Part shown: positions 54,254 to 64,000 of the stretch, piece by piece | How the letters are laid out: every line of letters starts with the position of its first letter | Position numbering within the stretch: position 1 is the first letter of the stretch | Origin: Macrostomum lignano | Lineage: Eukaryota | Length of the DNA: 64,000 nucleotides | Reading direction: 5' to 3' | Assembly (NCBI GenBank): GCA_002269645.1 | Contig: NIVC01001973.1 | Span: 1-64,000 of the forward strand | The notes under the pieces: model-generated | Database searches by the model: none | What the model was told of the DNA's origin: nothing | Seen by the model: the letters and a program-made list of their open reading frames with translations, nothing else | Translations under genes and position numbers: made by a program

Positions 54254-56528
54254 CTCTAGATGACTCTAAAATGACAAGATATCATGGTACAAGTTGCTAA
54301 AAAATTGTCAAGAGTCATTAGAGAGTTCATTTGAGGTGCTTATTGTCTGTGACTCTTGGGCTATAATAACCTTGGGGCTGTAGAGTTGAATCTGAGGTAA
54401 GCTGGAGTCACTTTAGAATCACTGAGTTGCATTAGCATCACTTTATAAATTATAATAGCATTTAAAATTTATAACAAATCTATTTAGTTTACTTGAGTTA
54501 ATAAAAAAGATAAATGCTAACACAAAAACTTTTGAATCTATGCCAAAAATTTGAGTTAGAAATTCATTAGGAAATTTCTTAAAAAATAGCAGGTTATCCA
54601 AAGTCATAATATATAGTATAAGGTTTTAACAAATTTAGAATGATTGAAATAATAGGCCAGCCTGCTTTCTATAGGGCCTATCTTATATACTAAAATAGAC
54701 CAATGGTTTGTCTATATATGGGCCTATATAGCCAGGTCTACAATGTAAATAGCTAATTATAATATATTATTTTAGGTCTAATAGGCCTAAATTGAATCAT
54801 TGATTGATTAATTAATACCAATCAATTGAGCCCTATTGTTATATTTTATGATTTTTTAAATATAGTACGCCTTATAAAGACCTTCGCTCCTAGGCTTTTA
54901 CATATAGGCTTTAAAATAAATGATTTTATTTTGAGCCTTGTACTGTGGTGGCCCCTATTAGAAAAAGTTTTTGAGTGATAGATGGCTATCTAGTACATTT
55001 TCTATGAGGTAGCACTTGGCACAAAGCAATGCAATGCAGCACTTGATATAGTGCTTGCTTGGAATCCATGTCAAAATGGTCATGCAAAGAATGGTCTAAG
55101 CATTAGAACCATACATGCGCAACCCCCTTGATTTACACTGGCCATGCGACTTAGGCCTACTTTTTGACCAAAAATGCAACTTATTTGTAAAAGAAGCCCT
55201 AATGCAATTTTGGGTAAATGGCAGGAATAACTATAACTGTCTTATAAGGGCAAAATGCCTTGTTATCTAATTAGTTTTTATTCTTTAGGCTGGGCATTTT
55301 TGCGACTTACCCCTGGTCCACCACAATTTATGGTGGCCAGATTGGCCAGGTCAGCCAGTAGTTGTGCATGTATGATTAAAACATTAGTAGTCTTATGGAG
55401 TGCTCTATAAATTAATAGTGTTATTTAGTATTTTGTTAGTGTATTAGTACTACTGCAAAGGCAAAAAGGACTTTATCATTTCAATTCCAAAAATGCCTCC
55501 TAGGCACTGGCATATAGAGGCCTACTTAACCCTTCAGCATTTTTGCTTGACCCTTGATATGCATGTGTACATTTTCAAAATTTATTTCAATAAGGCTTGT
55601 GGCCTATATAAAATAAACATTTTTGGTTTGCTAATACCTAGGTAGGGCCTAGGTAATTGTATTTGTAATAGGCCTAATATTAGCTATTAGACCCAATTTA
55701 AAGTTTATTTAGATTTAAATTGTATTTTCAAAAATTTAAAAGCAATGCTTAGTACATAACATAGGCCTAGTATTATATGAATAACCTAGTTAAATATCTA
55801 GTTAAATATCTCTAAATACAAACCTACCGATTTTTAATATAATATGGCAATACAAAGGCAAGCCCAAGCCCCAAGGCAATAGGTCAGGCCTAGCCTACTA
55901 ATAGGCCTAGTTAGCCTAGCATGTGCCAAGTCAAGTGCATTGCTATAATGATAGTTCCCCCCTTATTCCTCCCCCTAGCTCCCCAAGTGGCGGTCTTGGT
56001 CCTACACCGTTTGAGCGGTTGAACCAGAGGCTAATTTATTATTTTTCGCTAGGCCTAGGGGTAGTTCGTGAGTTGATCGGAACTTGGTAGGTATTATAGG
56101 TTTCTAGGTTTATATGTAAATATAGGTTAGTAGATAACTAGGGCTGGTTAACATTGAATAGTGATGTGCGTAATTACGCAAGGGGTCACATGATCACAAT
56201 TTGACATTTTTACGTGAACTCCTTTTCTTCGTTTTTCTTTCTTTCCCTTTATAAAAACTTAAATTTCATTACTTCTAAAGTTTCCGTTTCCTTTGATTCA
56301 GAGTTTTTTTTTAAAATAAGACAAATTTGAACAAATAGTTTTTATAACTTTTTGTAATTTAAAAGATTTAACTTATTTTTTTGTTTTCTTATTAAGTCAC
56401 GTAATTTAATTCAAAATTACCAACGACCATTAAAATTCAAAGAAACCAACCGGTCCGGTCCAACCCATATTGAGAATATGAGACACTAGCTAGTCTTTTG
56501 GTAGCATAGCATGACTATATATCGGTGT

Positions 56529-56925
56529 GAAGGGGGCCGTAGCCCAGCGGTCTAGCGCAGGCTCTGGTGTGCCAGCGACCCAGGCTCGATTCCAAGTTCA
56601 GTCACATTAATTTGGGGCTGCATTGGAATCTCGGCTTGGCTCTGCTCGTGCAATTAACGGCCTTGAGAGCCAACCCCCAAGGCGCAGTAAAGTGTACATG
56701 CCAAACGATAAATAAAGTTTGGGTACACTCCTTTACACTGTACAGGACACAGGAGTACACTCCTGTGTGAGTGTGTGCCTGCGTACGTATCCGCGCGCTT
56801 GTATGCCTGCTCAGGGGTCAGGGGAGTCGGCGGAATGGGCAGTAATGCCTCTCGCCGGTTGTGTGCCTATGTCACTTAAAGTGCGCCAGGGTGCACACAA
56901 CCCCCCTGCCTCTAATAAAAAAATA
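56529..56925 (+). mobile_element. tRNA-derived SINE, about 400 bp
   Basis: Pol III A box TAGCCCAGCGG (56540-56550), B box GGCTCGATTCC (56583-56593), A-rich tail, 12-bp TSD ATATATCGGTGT (56517-56528, 56926-56937). Confidence 0.88.
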
Positions 56926-57697
56926 ATATATCGGTGTTATTATTGAAAATGCCTTCAGGGAATTTTTCCATTAATATTACTATTATCTAGTTGCGACAAA
57001 AGTAATTTTTATATACTTTTTAAGAAAAACGACTTGAATGTTTATTTTTAGCATAAATGCAAAGCATCAATTAAGCATGCTATTTTATTTTAGTTAGACT
57101 GATAGCCATTGTTCTAGTAATCCAGGTGCATATAAATATTACCTGATAAAAGTTTCTTTACATCCATGCCCTCAAAACTCACAATAATGTAAAAAGCTTG
57201 CAATAATCCTATGGCTGAAAGCAAAATATACTCTAATATATTAAACATGAGTTGTCTGTAGCTATGTAGCTATGCAATAGATTTCAAGAAAACATATAAA
57301 CTCAAACAAATGTGCATTATGTCAATGTGATCATTGATTTTATAATATCATTATAGATATATTTTTTTATTTGTACCTATAGAACATGCCTTTTAACTTA
57401 TGGCTTTATGATTTCATTTATGACTTCATAACAATGACTTCAGTGTTATAAATAATAAATATAGCATTTGTTTATTATGTTTAATAAATAATATTTCTAT
57501 TTTGTGAATACTTTTTGTCTTTTCTAGATATTTTATATAGTTTTTAATATTTAAAGTTTGCCACACAAAAGCCTAATAAAAATTAGACTTATCTTTTTTA
57601 TTGAATATTTAGTCTTAGAGCAAATTCTCAAACTATATCAATTATCTATCATGAAATAATAAGCCTTACAACCTTAAATTTCAGTTTTTGTCTACAG

Positions 57698-57945
57698 TGT
57701 CAAGAATGCAAAATTCTAATGATAAGTCATTGTCATCTACTAAGCCATTAGCTGCATCACAACTGCCACCACCTCCTCCACCAACTGCTGCTCACTCCTA
57801 TTATACTAATTATGTTTCAAATTCATCAGCCAAAGTTGTTGCTAAAGGCAATACTGGATGGAATGACCCACCATTTGTTGAGACTAATAAATCTGTGGCT
57901 CAAACATCCGCTGACTCTAAAAGCCAACAATCTGAACTTGGACAG
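57698..57945 (+). CDS. Probable coding exon with polyproline and GWNDPP motif (SRA1/Sec31-like motif); rest of gene not identified
   Basis: tttttgtctacag acceptor, ATG at 57706, 80 codons to CAG|GTAAAA; open island in very AT-rich DNA. Confidence 0.45.
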
Positions 57946-58517
57946 GTAAAATTATATAAACCAAATGACTATGACACTGGCAGTAAGACCTCAAGTTAGA
58001 ACTGATGATATACCGCTATTTCAATCATGATATATCATATTCTTATATATGTATTATATTCTTATATACTTTAAGACATTTCAATTGGTATAATTAGTAA
58101 CTCTATATCTTGCTATTAAATCTAATTAATATTCTTGAGTTCATTTTATTAATAATGATTTTTTTGAGTTGAATGTAATGTTTTCAACATTGCTTCTTAT
58201 AATAAATACAAATGGCAAAGGTTTGTTCATTTAAGAAGTAAAAATCAAAGCACTTTCATTGTGATTACAATTGCTATAATTTAAAGTTTCTCAACTTGAT
58301 TTCTACCTTGTAAGGTTATTTTTATTTCTAATGCTAGACAAAATTTATTTTTCAGTATAGTAATAAAACATGTTTGTATAATTTGAGTAAAGAACAAAAA
58401 AGTTTTTTAGTGTTTTGCATAATAAAACAAAGTAAAGTATTTATGTTTGCTTCTGGGTGTTCATTTTTAGCATAGTTGGTATACTAAAAAAATAGATACA
58501 TTTTTTAAATTAGAATT

Positions 58518-61513
58518 TTACTCTGAGATGTGCTGCATTGCTGCTTGCATTTGCATTGGATCAGATGAGAATACCACAATGATGGCAGCCATACTTGACA
58601 GTATGCCCAGAATATTCAGACAGAAAGCCAAATGACCATATTGTCTGGCCCTGCACTGCCAGTTTGGTTGGTTTCGTTGTGTCCAGAGTCTGAAGATTGA
58701 GTTGAGAGTCAAGTTCATTAAATACTCAAAATACCACTAGTAGTAGTACTCAACATGCTAAAAGCTGAATGAATATTTTCTCTAGGGTTAAAAGAACTCC
58801 TACAGATGTAGGCACAACACGAATTTTATATGAACAAATATAGCATTTTCCAAGCCAATTGAGCCTAGGGGCAAGCAATTTAATCCTTATTGGGCGAATC
58901 AAGCTATTGAAGACTTGTTTTTTATTGTCTATGGCCCAAAAGGGGGTCTATGGAGCAACCAATTTGAGAATCTGGGCACGCAATTAATCCTTTTCACAGT
59001 GCTCGTAAATCCTTCACTAATAACTTGACTGAAATAACGCCTGCAAATAGATGGCGTATCAAAAATTGATTGACATTAGCACTTTGATTTCAGAGAAACC
59101 AATCAAAACAGGCGAAGGCAAAACCATGGCATTCAGTACGCTTGTACGAGGGTTGTGTCATAAATTCGCTGACAAACTTACATAGTGTCTGTTTCTTTTG
59201 TACTTTGGGGCAGAATTTTTTGTTACAGACTAAGGCACCATCGATCTTATTGTCTATGGAAAATCTTCCCTCTAGCTTTTGAGATAAGGCAGAAGTGAGA
59301 AAAGCAGCTTTTGAGATAAGGCAGAAAAGTGAAGCTGCCAAGCGCACTGTCATTTGGTCGTTGTGGAAGCAGCAGAAGAAGCAGGCTGATATTTACCGCG
59401 AGCTGCTGCAAATCTTTGGTGAGGATGCACCTTCGAAACAAACTGTGTCAAAGTGGGTGCAGCGCTTTGAGGACGGCTGGGAGACAGTTGATGATGCTCC
59501 CCGCCCAGGTGCACCGCGGTCATCCACTTCCAGTGACAACATCCAGCGTGTGCAGCATGCCCTGGACGATGATCGTGGAGCAACCCTGAGGCAGTTAGAG
59601 GACTTGTTGGCGATACCAATGAAGAGCATTCATCGCATCATCTCCGACCATCTGCATATGACACGAGTTGTTGCACGATGGGTCCCTAAACTGCTGACTC
59701 CTGTCCAACTGCAAGAGAGGGTCCAGATGTGCCGCCACCTGCTCAACGCCTATCAAAACGAGCCCGACTTTCTTGGCCGCCTGGTGACTGGTGATGAAAC
59801 GTGGTTTCACTTCTACGAACCGGAAACAAAACAGCAGAGCAGCGTCTGGAAGGCTACTCACGAACCCCCACCGGTCAAGGCCAAGGCGGTGCAGTCAGCA
59901 GGTAAGCGCATGGCCACCGTTTTCTGGGACAGAGAAGGCATCTTGCTGATCGAGTGGCTACCTGAAGGCAGAACCATCAATGCCCAGTACTACTGTGAAA
60001 TATTCGAACAGCTGCGTGAGAAGATCAAGAGTGAGTGCCGGGGAAGGATCACCAGGGGCCCTGTGCTGCAGCAGGACAACGCCAGGCCGCATACCTGCAA
60101 TGCAACTATGGATGTCATCAGGAGACTAGGCTTCGAGTTGCTGCCTCACCCTGCCTATTCTCCTGACCTGGCCCCTAGTGACTACTGGTTGCTCCCTAAA
60201 ATGAAAGAGCCTCTTCGTGGCCATCGCTATGGAAGCCTTTCTGCACTCAGCTCGGCCATCAGCCAGTGGGTACGAGGGACCCCCACGGAATTCTTCGCCC
60301 AGGGCATCATCAAGCTGCCAGAGAGATGGCACAAATGTGTGCAGCTTGGGGGTGACTATGTTGAGAAGTGCAATGTTGACAATTAGCTGTTCTTTGTTTT
60401 TTCTTTGATATTTGCAGTTGTCAGCGAATTTTTGACACAACCCTCGTATATAAGCCGAGAAAAATCGTGTCTCTCAAAACAGTGTTGGACAGATTGAAAT
60501 AAAACCCGATCAATCTTTATGTGCAGCCATCGCGAAATGTGCTCAGCACTATCACCTCTCTCGATGGCAGCGACAATCAGGTCGTACTTTTCGTTGCTTA
60601 TCTTGCGATAGGGTTCTCGCCCTGCAGGATTCTGCTCATCCACTGCAATCTTGGGCTGTAGCAAAACTTTCGTCACTGCTCTGCTCGCTAAATTTTTCGT
60701 CTGCCATATCTATGTTTGTCTAATGAAATCTGTTATTTTCTTTGGTCTAAGGCTTGCACAACTGTGGAAAGGGTTAATAGCGCGCCCAGATTCTCAAATT
60801 GGTTGCTCCATAGACCATGAAAAGCAAGTCTTCAAAAGCTTGATTCTCCCCATAAGGATTAAATTGCTTGCCCCTAGGCTCAATTGGCTTGGAAAATGCT
60901 ATAATAGGACACTACAGTCGCAAGAAAGAGAGCTATATTAGATAGAAGGTTAAGGCTTTAGTGTACTTTTCTGGACGAATTTTTCTCCAAATTTGTCTAT
61001 GGCAAAATCACGTTCAGTGCTATGCAGAATTCATTTATAAAACGCGTCATTTCTGTGCTTCTCTTGTGACTTCAGCCTCAGAAGATGAGATATTGTGAAT
61101 TAAGCACGATAGAAAACAATTAAAACTTCTTATCTCGCTGCAACAATTCAAAACCCGGCCACCTGTGAATTATGTGTGCGGTATCCTACTTAAGTTGCCC
61201 ATGATACATCGGAGGCATATTTTTAACTGAGAAGTTTACCATACCAGTAGCTATCACTCTTGGAGCTGTTTTGACTGTTTTGACTTGGAGCTATCACTCT
61301 TAGAGCTGTTTGACCAATTCTTCATAGGCTCTATTTTCATCGAAAGCACAATTGCAATTTCACTCTTGAGTCTTATAATCGCAACATAAATATTGTTACA
61401 GACCTGTGCGACTTAACCGAAGCACAAACAGCCATTGCACCGAACAATATATTGATGCACAGCATCACCAGAATAGACATAATAAAGTATGTAACCTCGT
61501 TCTCATTCTCCAT
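58518..61513 (-). CDS. CD225/dispanin (IFITM-like) membrane protein, join(61513-61404,58689-58518), 93 aa or longer
   Basis: Exon 1 MENENEVTYFIMSILVMLCINILFGAMAVCASVKSH, AG|GTCTGT phase 2; exon 2 after tcttcag reads (R)LWTQRNQPNWQCRARQYGHLAFCLNILGILSSMAAIIVVF...*. Frame is open upstream of the ATG, so the N-terminus may be longer. Confidence 0.75.
59147..60446 (+). mobile_element. Mariner (DD34D) transposon, 1300 bp
   Basis: 29-bp TIRs CGAGGGTTGTGTCA(T/A)AAATTCGCTGACAA with one mismatch; TA duplication at 59145-59146 and 60447-60448. Confidence 0.96.
59295..60386 (+). CDS. Mariner transposase (363-codon open frame; ATG at 59256 is followed by in-frame TGA at 59280)
   Basis: WVPKLL, TGDETW, QQDNARPH, YSPDLAPSDY; 34 residues between 2nd and 3rd Asp. 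Confidence 0.9.
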   Translation: MRKAAFEIRQKSEAAKRTVIWSLWKQQKKQADIYRELLQIFGEDAPSKQTVSKWVQRFEDGWETVDDAPRPGAPRSSTSSDNIQRVQHALDDDRGATLRQLEDLLAIPMKSIHRIISDHLHMTRVVARWVPKLLTPVQLQERVQMCRHLLNAYQNEPDFLGRLVTGDETWFHFYEPETKQQSSVWKATHEPPPVKAKAVQSAGKRMATVFWDREGILLIEWLPEGRTINAQYYCEIFEQLREKIKSECRGRITRGPVLQQDNARPHTCNATMDVIRRLGFELLPHPAYSPDLAPSDYWLLPKMKEPLRGHRYGSLSALSSAISQWVRGTPTEFFAQGIIKLPERWHKCVQLGGDYVEKCNVDN

Positions 61514-61614
61514 GGCCCTTAGCTGACTACTTGCCGGTAGTAGCGAAGTCGGTTGATTGCAGTTGCGATCTGCGTTTTGTTTGTGAAATTCGGTTGAATT
61601 ACCAGAATTACCAG

Positions 61615-62300
61615 AACAATGGTAGATTGTTTAGATTGTGCATGGCTGAGTTGAACAATGGTAGCTTGTTTAGATTGTGCATGGCTGAGTTGAACAATGG
61701 TAGCTTGTTTAGATTGTGCATGGCTGAGTTGAACAATGGTAGCTTGTTTAGATTGTGCATGGCTGAGTTGAACAATGGTAGATTGTTTAGATTGTGCATG
61801 GCTGAGTTGAACAATGGTAGCTTGTTTAGATTGTGCATGGCTGAGTTGAACAATGGTAGCTTGTTTAGATTGTGCATGGCTGAGTTGAACAATGGTAGCT
61901 TGTTTAGATTGTGCATGGCTGAGTTGAACAATGGTAGATTGTTTAGATTGTGCATGGCTGAGTTGAACAATGGTAGCTTGTTTAGATTGTGCATGGCTGA
62001 GTTGAACAATGGTAGCTTGTTTAGATTGTGCATGGCTGAGTTGAACAATGGTAGCTTGTTTAGATTGTGCATGGCTGAGTTGAACAATGGTAGATTGTTT
62101 AGATCGTGCATGGCTGAGTTGAACAATGGTAGCTTGTTTAGATTGTGCATGGCTGAGTTGAACAATGGTAGCTTGTTTAGATTGTGCATGGCTGAGTTGA
62201 ACAATGGTAGCTTGTTTAGATTGTGCATGGCTGAGTTGAACAATGGTAGATTGTTTAGATCGTGCATGGCTGAGTTGAGCAATGGTAGATTGTTTAGATT
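61615..62300. repeat. 39-bp minisatellite AACAATGGTAGCTTGTTTAGATTGTGCATGGCTGAGTTG
   Basis: Direct reading, about 17 units. Confidence 0.95.
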
Positions 62301-63304
62301 GTGCTAAATGTAAGTACATGTGTACCGGCCTGATTAAGCATCAGGTGTGAATAACGACACTCGGTTTTTCAGTCTCAACTGACGGTATCAGCTGGGGCAT
62401 GCAGAGGCTATTCGTAAACCCTGAATCTATGAAGTATTTTCAAGGACTATACTCAAGTACATTATAGAAATAAGAGGCCTAATTTTTTCAGCACAAAAAT
62501 TGTAATAGCTTTTGCATGATAGGAGGGAGACCCAGCGATAATGTTTTAGTATGTCTTGCCTTTCTTTTGGGTCTCTCCTATCAAAAGCAATAATAATTTT
62601 TGTGTTGAAAAAACTGAAAACCTCCTATCTCCATAATGCGGTATTGTTACGGTAAAACCTGCCTCCTGAAATGTTCCAAGAAAAGTAGTTTCCTGTCTTT
62701 CTGCTTGAGTAGTCCTTGGTACTCTTATGCCGAAGATTTGCTATCAGGAATAACAGTGCTAGATATCGATATGATTATGTGTTATTACATTTGCATGTAC
62801 TGAAGTGTGAAACCGCGGTATAGCTATAGCTTACTTACATATCCACGCGTCGAAAATTCTATCTAGATTAGTCAATATTACTCGTAAATTGAAGTAGTAG
62901 ATATTATTACGTGTAATTTGACTCTATATGCTATGCTAATACATGAATATATGTGCATTAATGCGCGCGGTCCTGCTCGTGCGCTGTGCGTTCAAGTTTG
63001 TTAAAATTAACCAGAAAATTACGTTTTAGCTAAATGAAACATTTTGGGAACTGCATGCGATTTGGCGCACGTTAGCCGCACATTGCCATCGTTACCATCA
63101 TGGAGAAAGGCGAAGAAATGTGCACGAAAATTTCGCTGGAAGTTTTCAGTAATTAATACTCGATCTCACCTTCCGGACTTATACGCATTCAAGACCCCAT
63201 TCAGCGCTGCACAAAGAGGCAAATCTTTGTTTAGAAAGCACAACTGTACCTTGAGCGTTGACTTTTGTGAGCTGCTAAAAAATTTACACAGAATACCAAC
63301 CAAG

Positions 63305-64000
63305 ATAGAGGCGCCCACTATGAGATAGGGGAACGCCCACCAAGAGACAGGGGGACGCCCACCAAGAGATAGGGGGACGCCCACCAAGAGATAGGGGGAC
63401 GCCCACCAAGAGATAGGGGGACGCCCACCAAGAGACAAGGGGACGCCCACCAAGAGATAGGGGGACGCCCACCAAGAGACAAGGGGACGCCCACCAAGAG
63501 ATAGGGGAACGCCCACCAAGAGATAGGGGGACGCCCACCAAGAGACAGGGGGACGCCCACCAAGAGATAGGGGAACGCCCACCAAGAGACAGGGGCGCCC
63601 ACCAAGAGACAGATGCGCCCACCAAGAGACAGGGGGACGCCCACCAAGAGATAGGGGGACGCCCACCAAGAGACAGGGGCGCCCACCAAGCTAAAGGCGC
63701 CCATCAAGAGGCAGTGGTGCCCCCCAGGGAGGGGCGCCCACCAAGAGACATGGGCGCCCACCAAGAGACAGAGGCGCCCAACAAGAGACAGATCGAGGCA
63801 CCAACCAAGAGACACGGGCGCCCAACCATGAGACAGGGCACCCACCATGAGACAGGGGGTGCCCCAATAGAAGGGCGCCCAACAAGACAGGGACCCCAAC
63901 CAAAAGACAGGGGCGCTCACCAAAAGATAGGGGGCGCCCACCAAGAGACAGGGGCGCCCAACCATGAGACAGGGGCACCAACCCAACAGACAGGGGCGCC
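63305..64000. repeat. 22-bp minisatellite CCCACCAAGAGATAGGGGGACG, degenerating toward the window end
   Basis: Direct reading. Confidence 0.92.

Larger units (their letters stand above)
58841..60901. mobile_element. TA-flanked element with about 140-160 bp TIRs and an HTH remnant (Tc1/IS630-like, non-autonomous), interrupted by the mariner
   Basis: 58841-58999 and 60761-60901 are near-identical inverted repeats starting TAGCATTTTCCAAGCCAATTGAGCC, each flanked by TA; internal minus ORF YRKISNEKYDLIVAAIERGDSAEHISRWLHIK resembles a transposase N-terminal HTH. Confidence 0.8.

Noticed and set aside
54350-54432. ATG-containing minus-strand segment as the missing first exon of the Bcl-G-like gene
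   Set aside because: Its donor is phase 2 whereas the 53164 acceptor requires phase 0.
56531-56600. tRNA gene
   Set aside because: A and B boxes are present but there is no complete cloverleaf or acceptor stem; it continues into a body, tail and TSD, so it is a SINE head.

Overview
Eukaryotic (metazoan) genomic DNA. The minisatellite-packed introns and Ala/Ser/Gln-rich GC-rich exons suggest a flatworm such as Macrostomum; this is inference only. The backbone is a 12-exon TRPC/TRP-gamma-like cation channel gene on the minus strand (45892->4965, about 970-990 aa) whose large introns mostly carry one or more tandem arrays. TRPC intron 7 holds a complete 8-exon antisense gene (16977-22140, 453 aa) for a single-pass protein: signal peptide, C2/MNNL-like domain, shortened DSL-like motif, TM helix, no EGF repeats. 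Intron 2 holds a 5'-truncated Penelope-like retroelement (RT + GIY-YIG) embedded in (GA)n, with a minimal hammerhead ribozyme in its 3' terminal region. Intron 4 holds a foldback-like pair of inverted satellite arms. Upstream lie a Bcl-G (BCL2L14)-like gene with a frame break, a hAT MITE, a tRNA-derived SINE, a GWNDPP-motif exon, and a two-exon CD225/dispanin (IFITM-like) gene whose intron contains a DD34D mariner nested inside a second TA-flanked long-TIR element. Most long ORFs in the track are translations of tandem repeats, not genes. Exon coordinates were derived by hand from splice motifs and phase continuity; repeat boundaries are approximate; family assignments are from motif recognition, not database searches.
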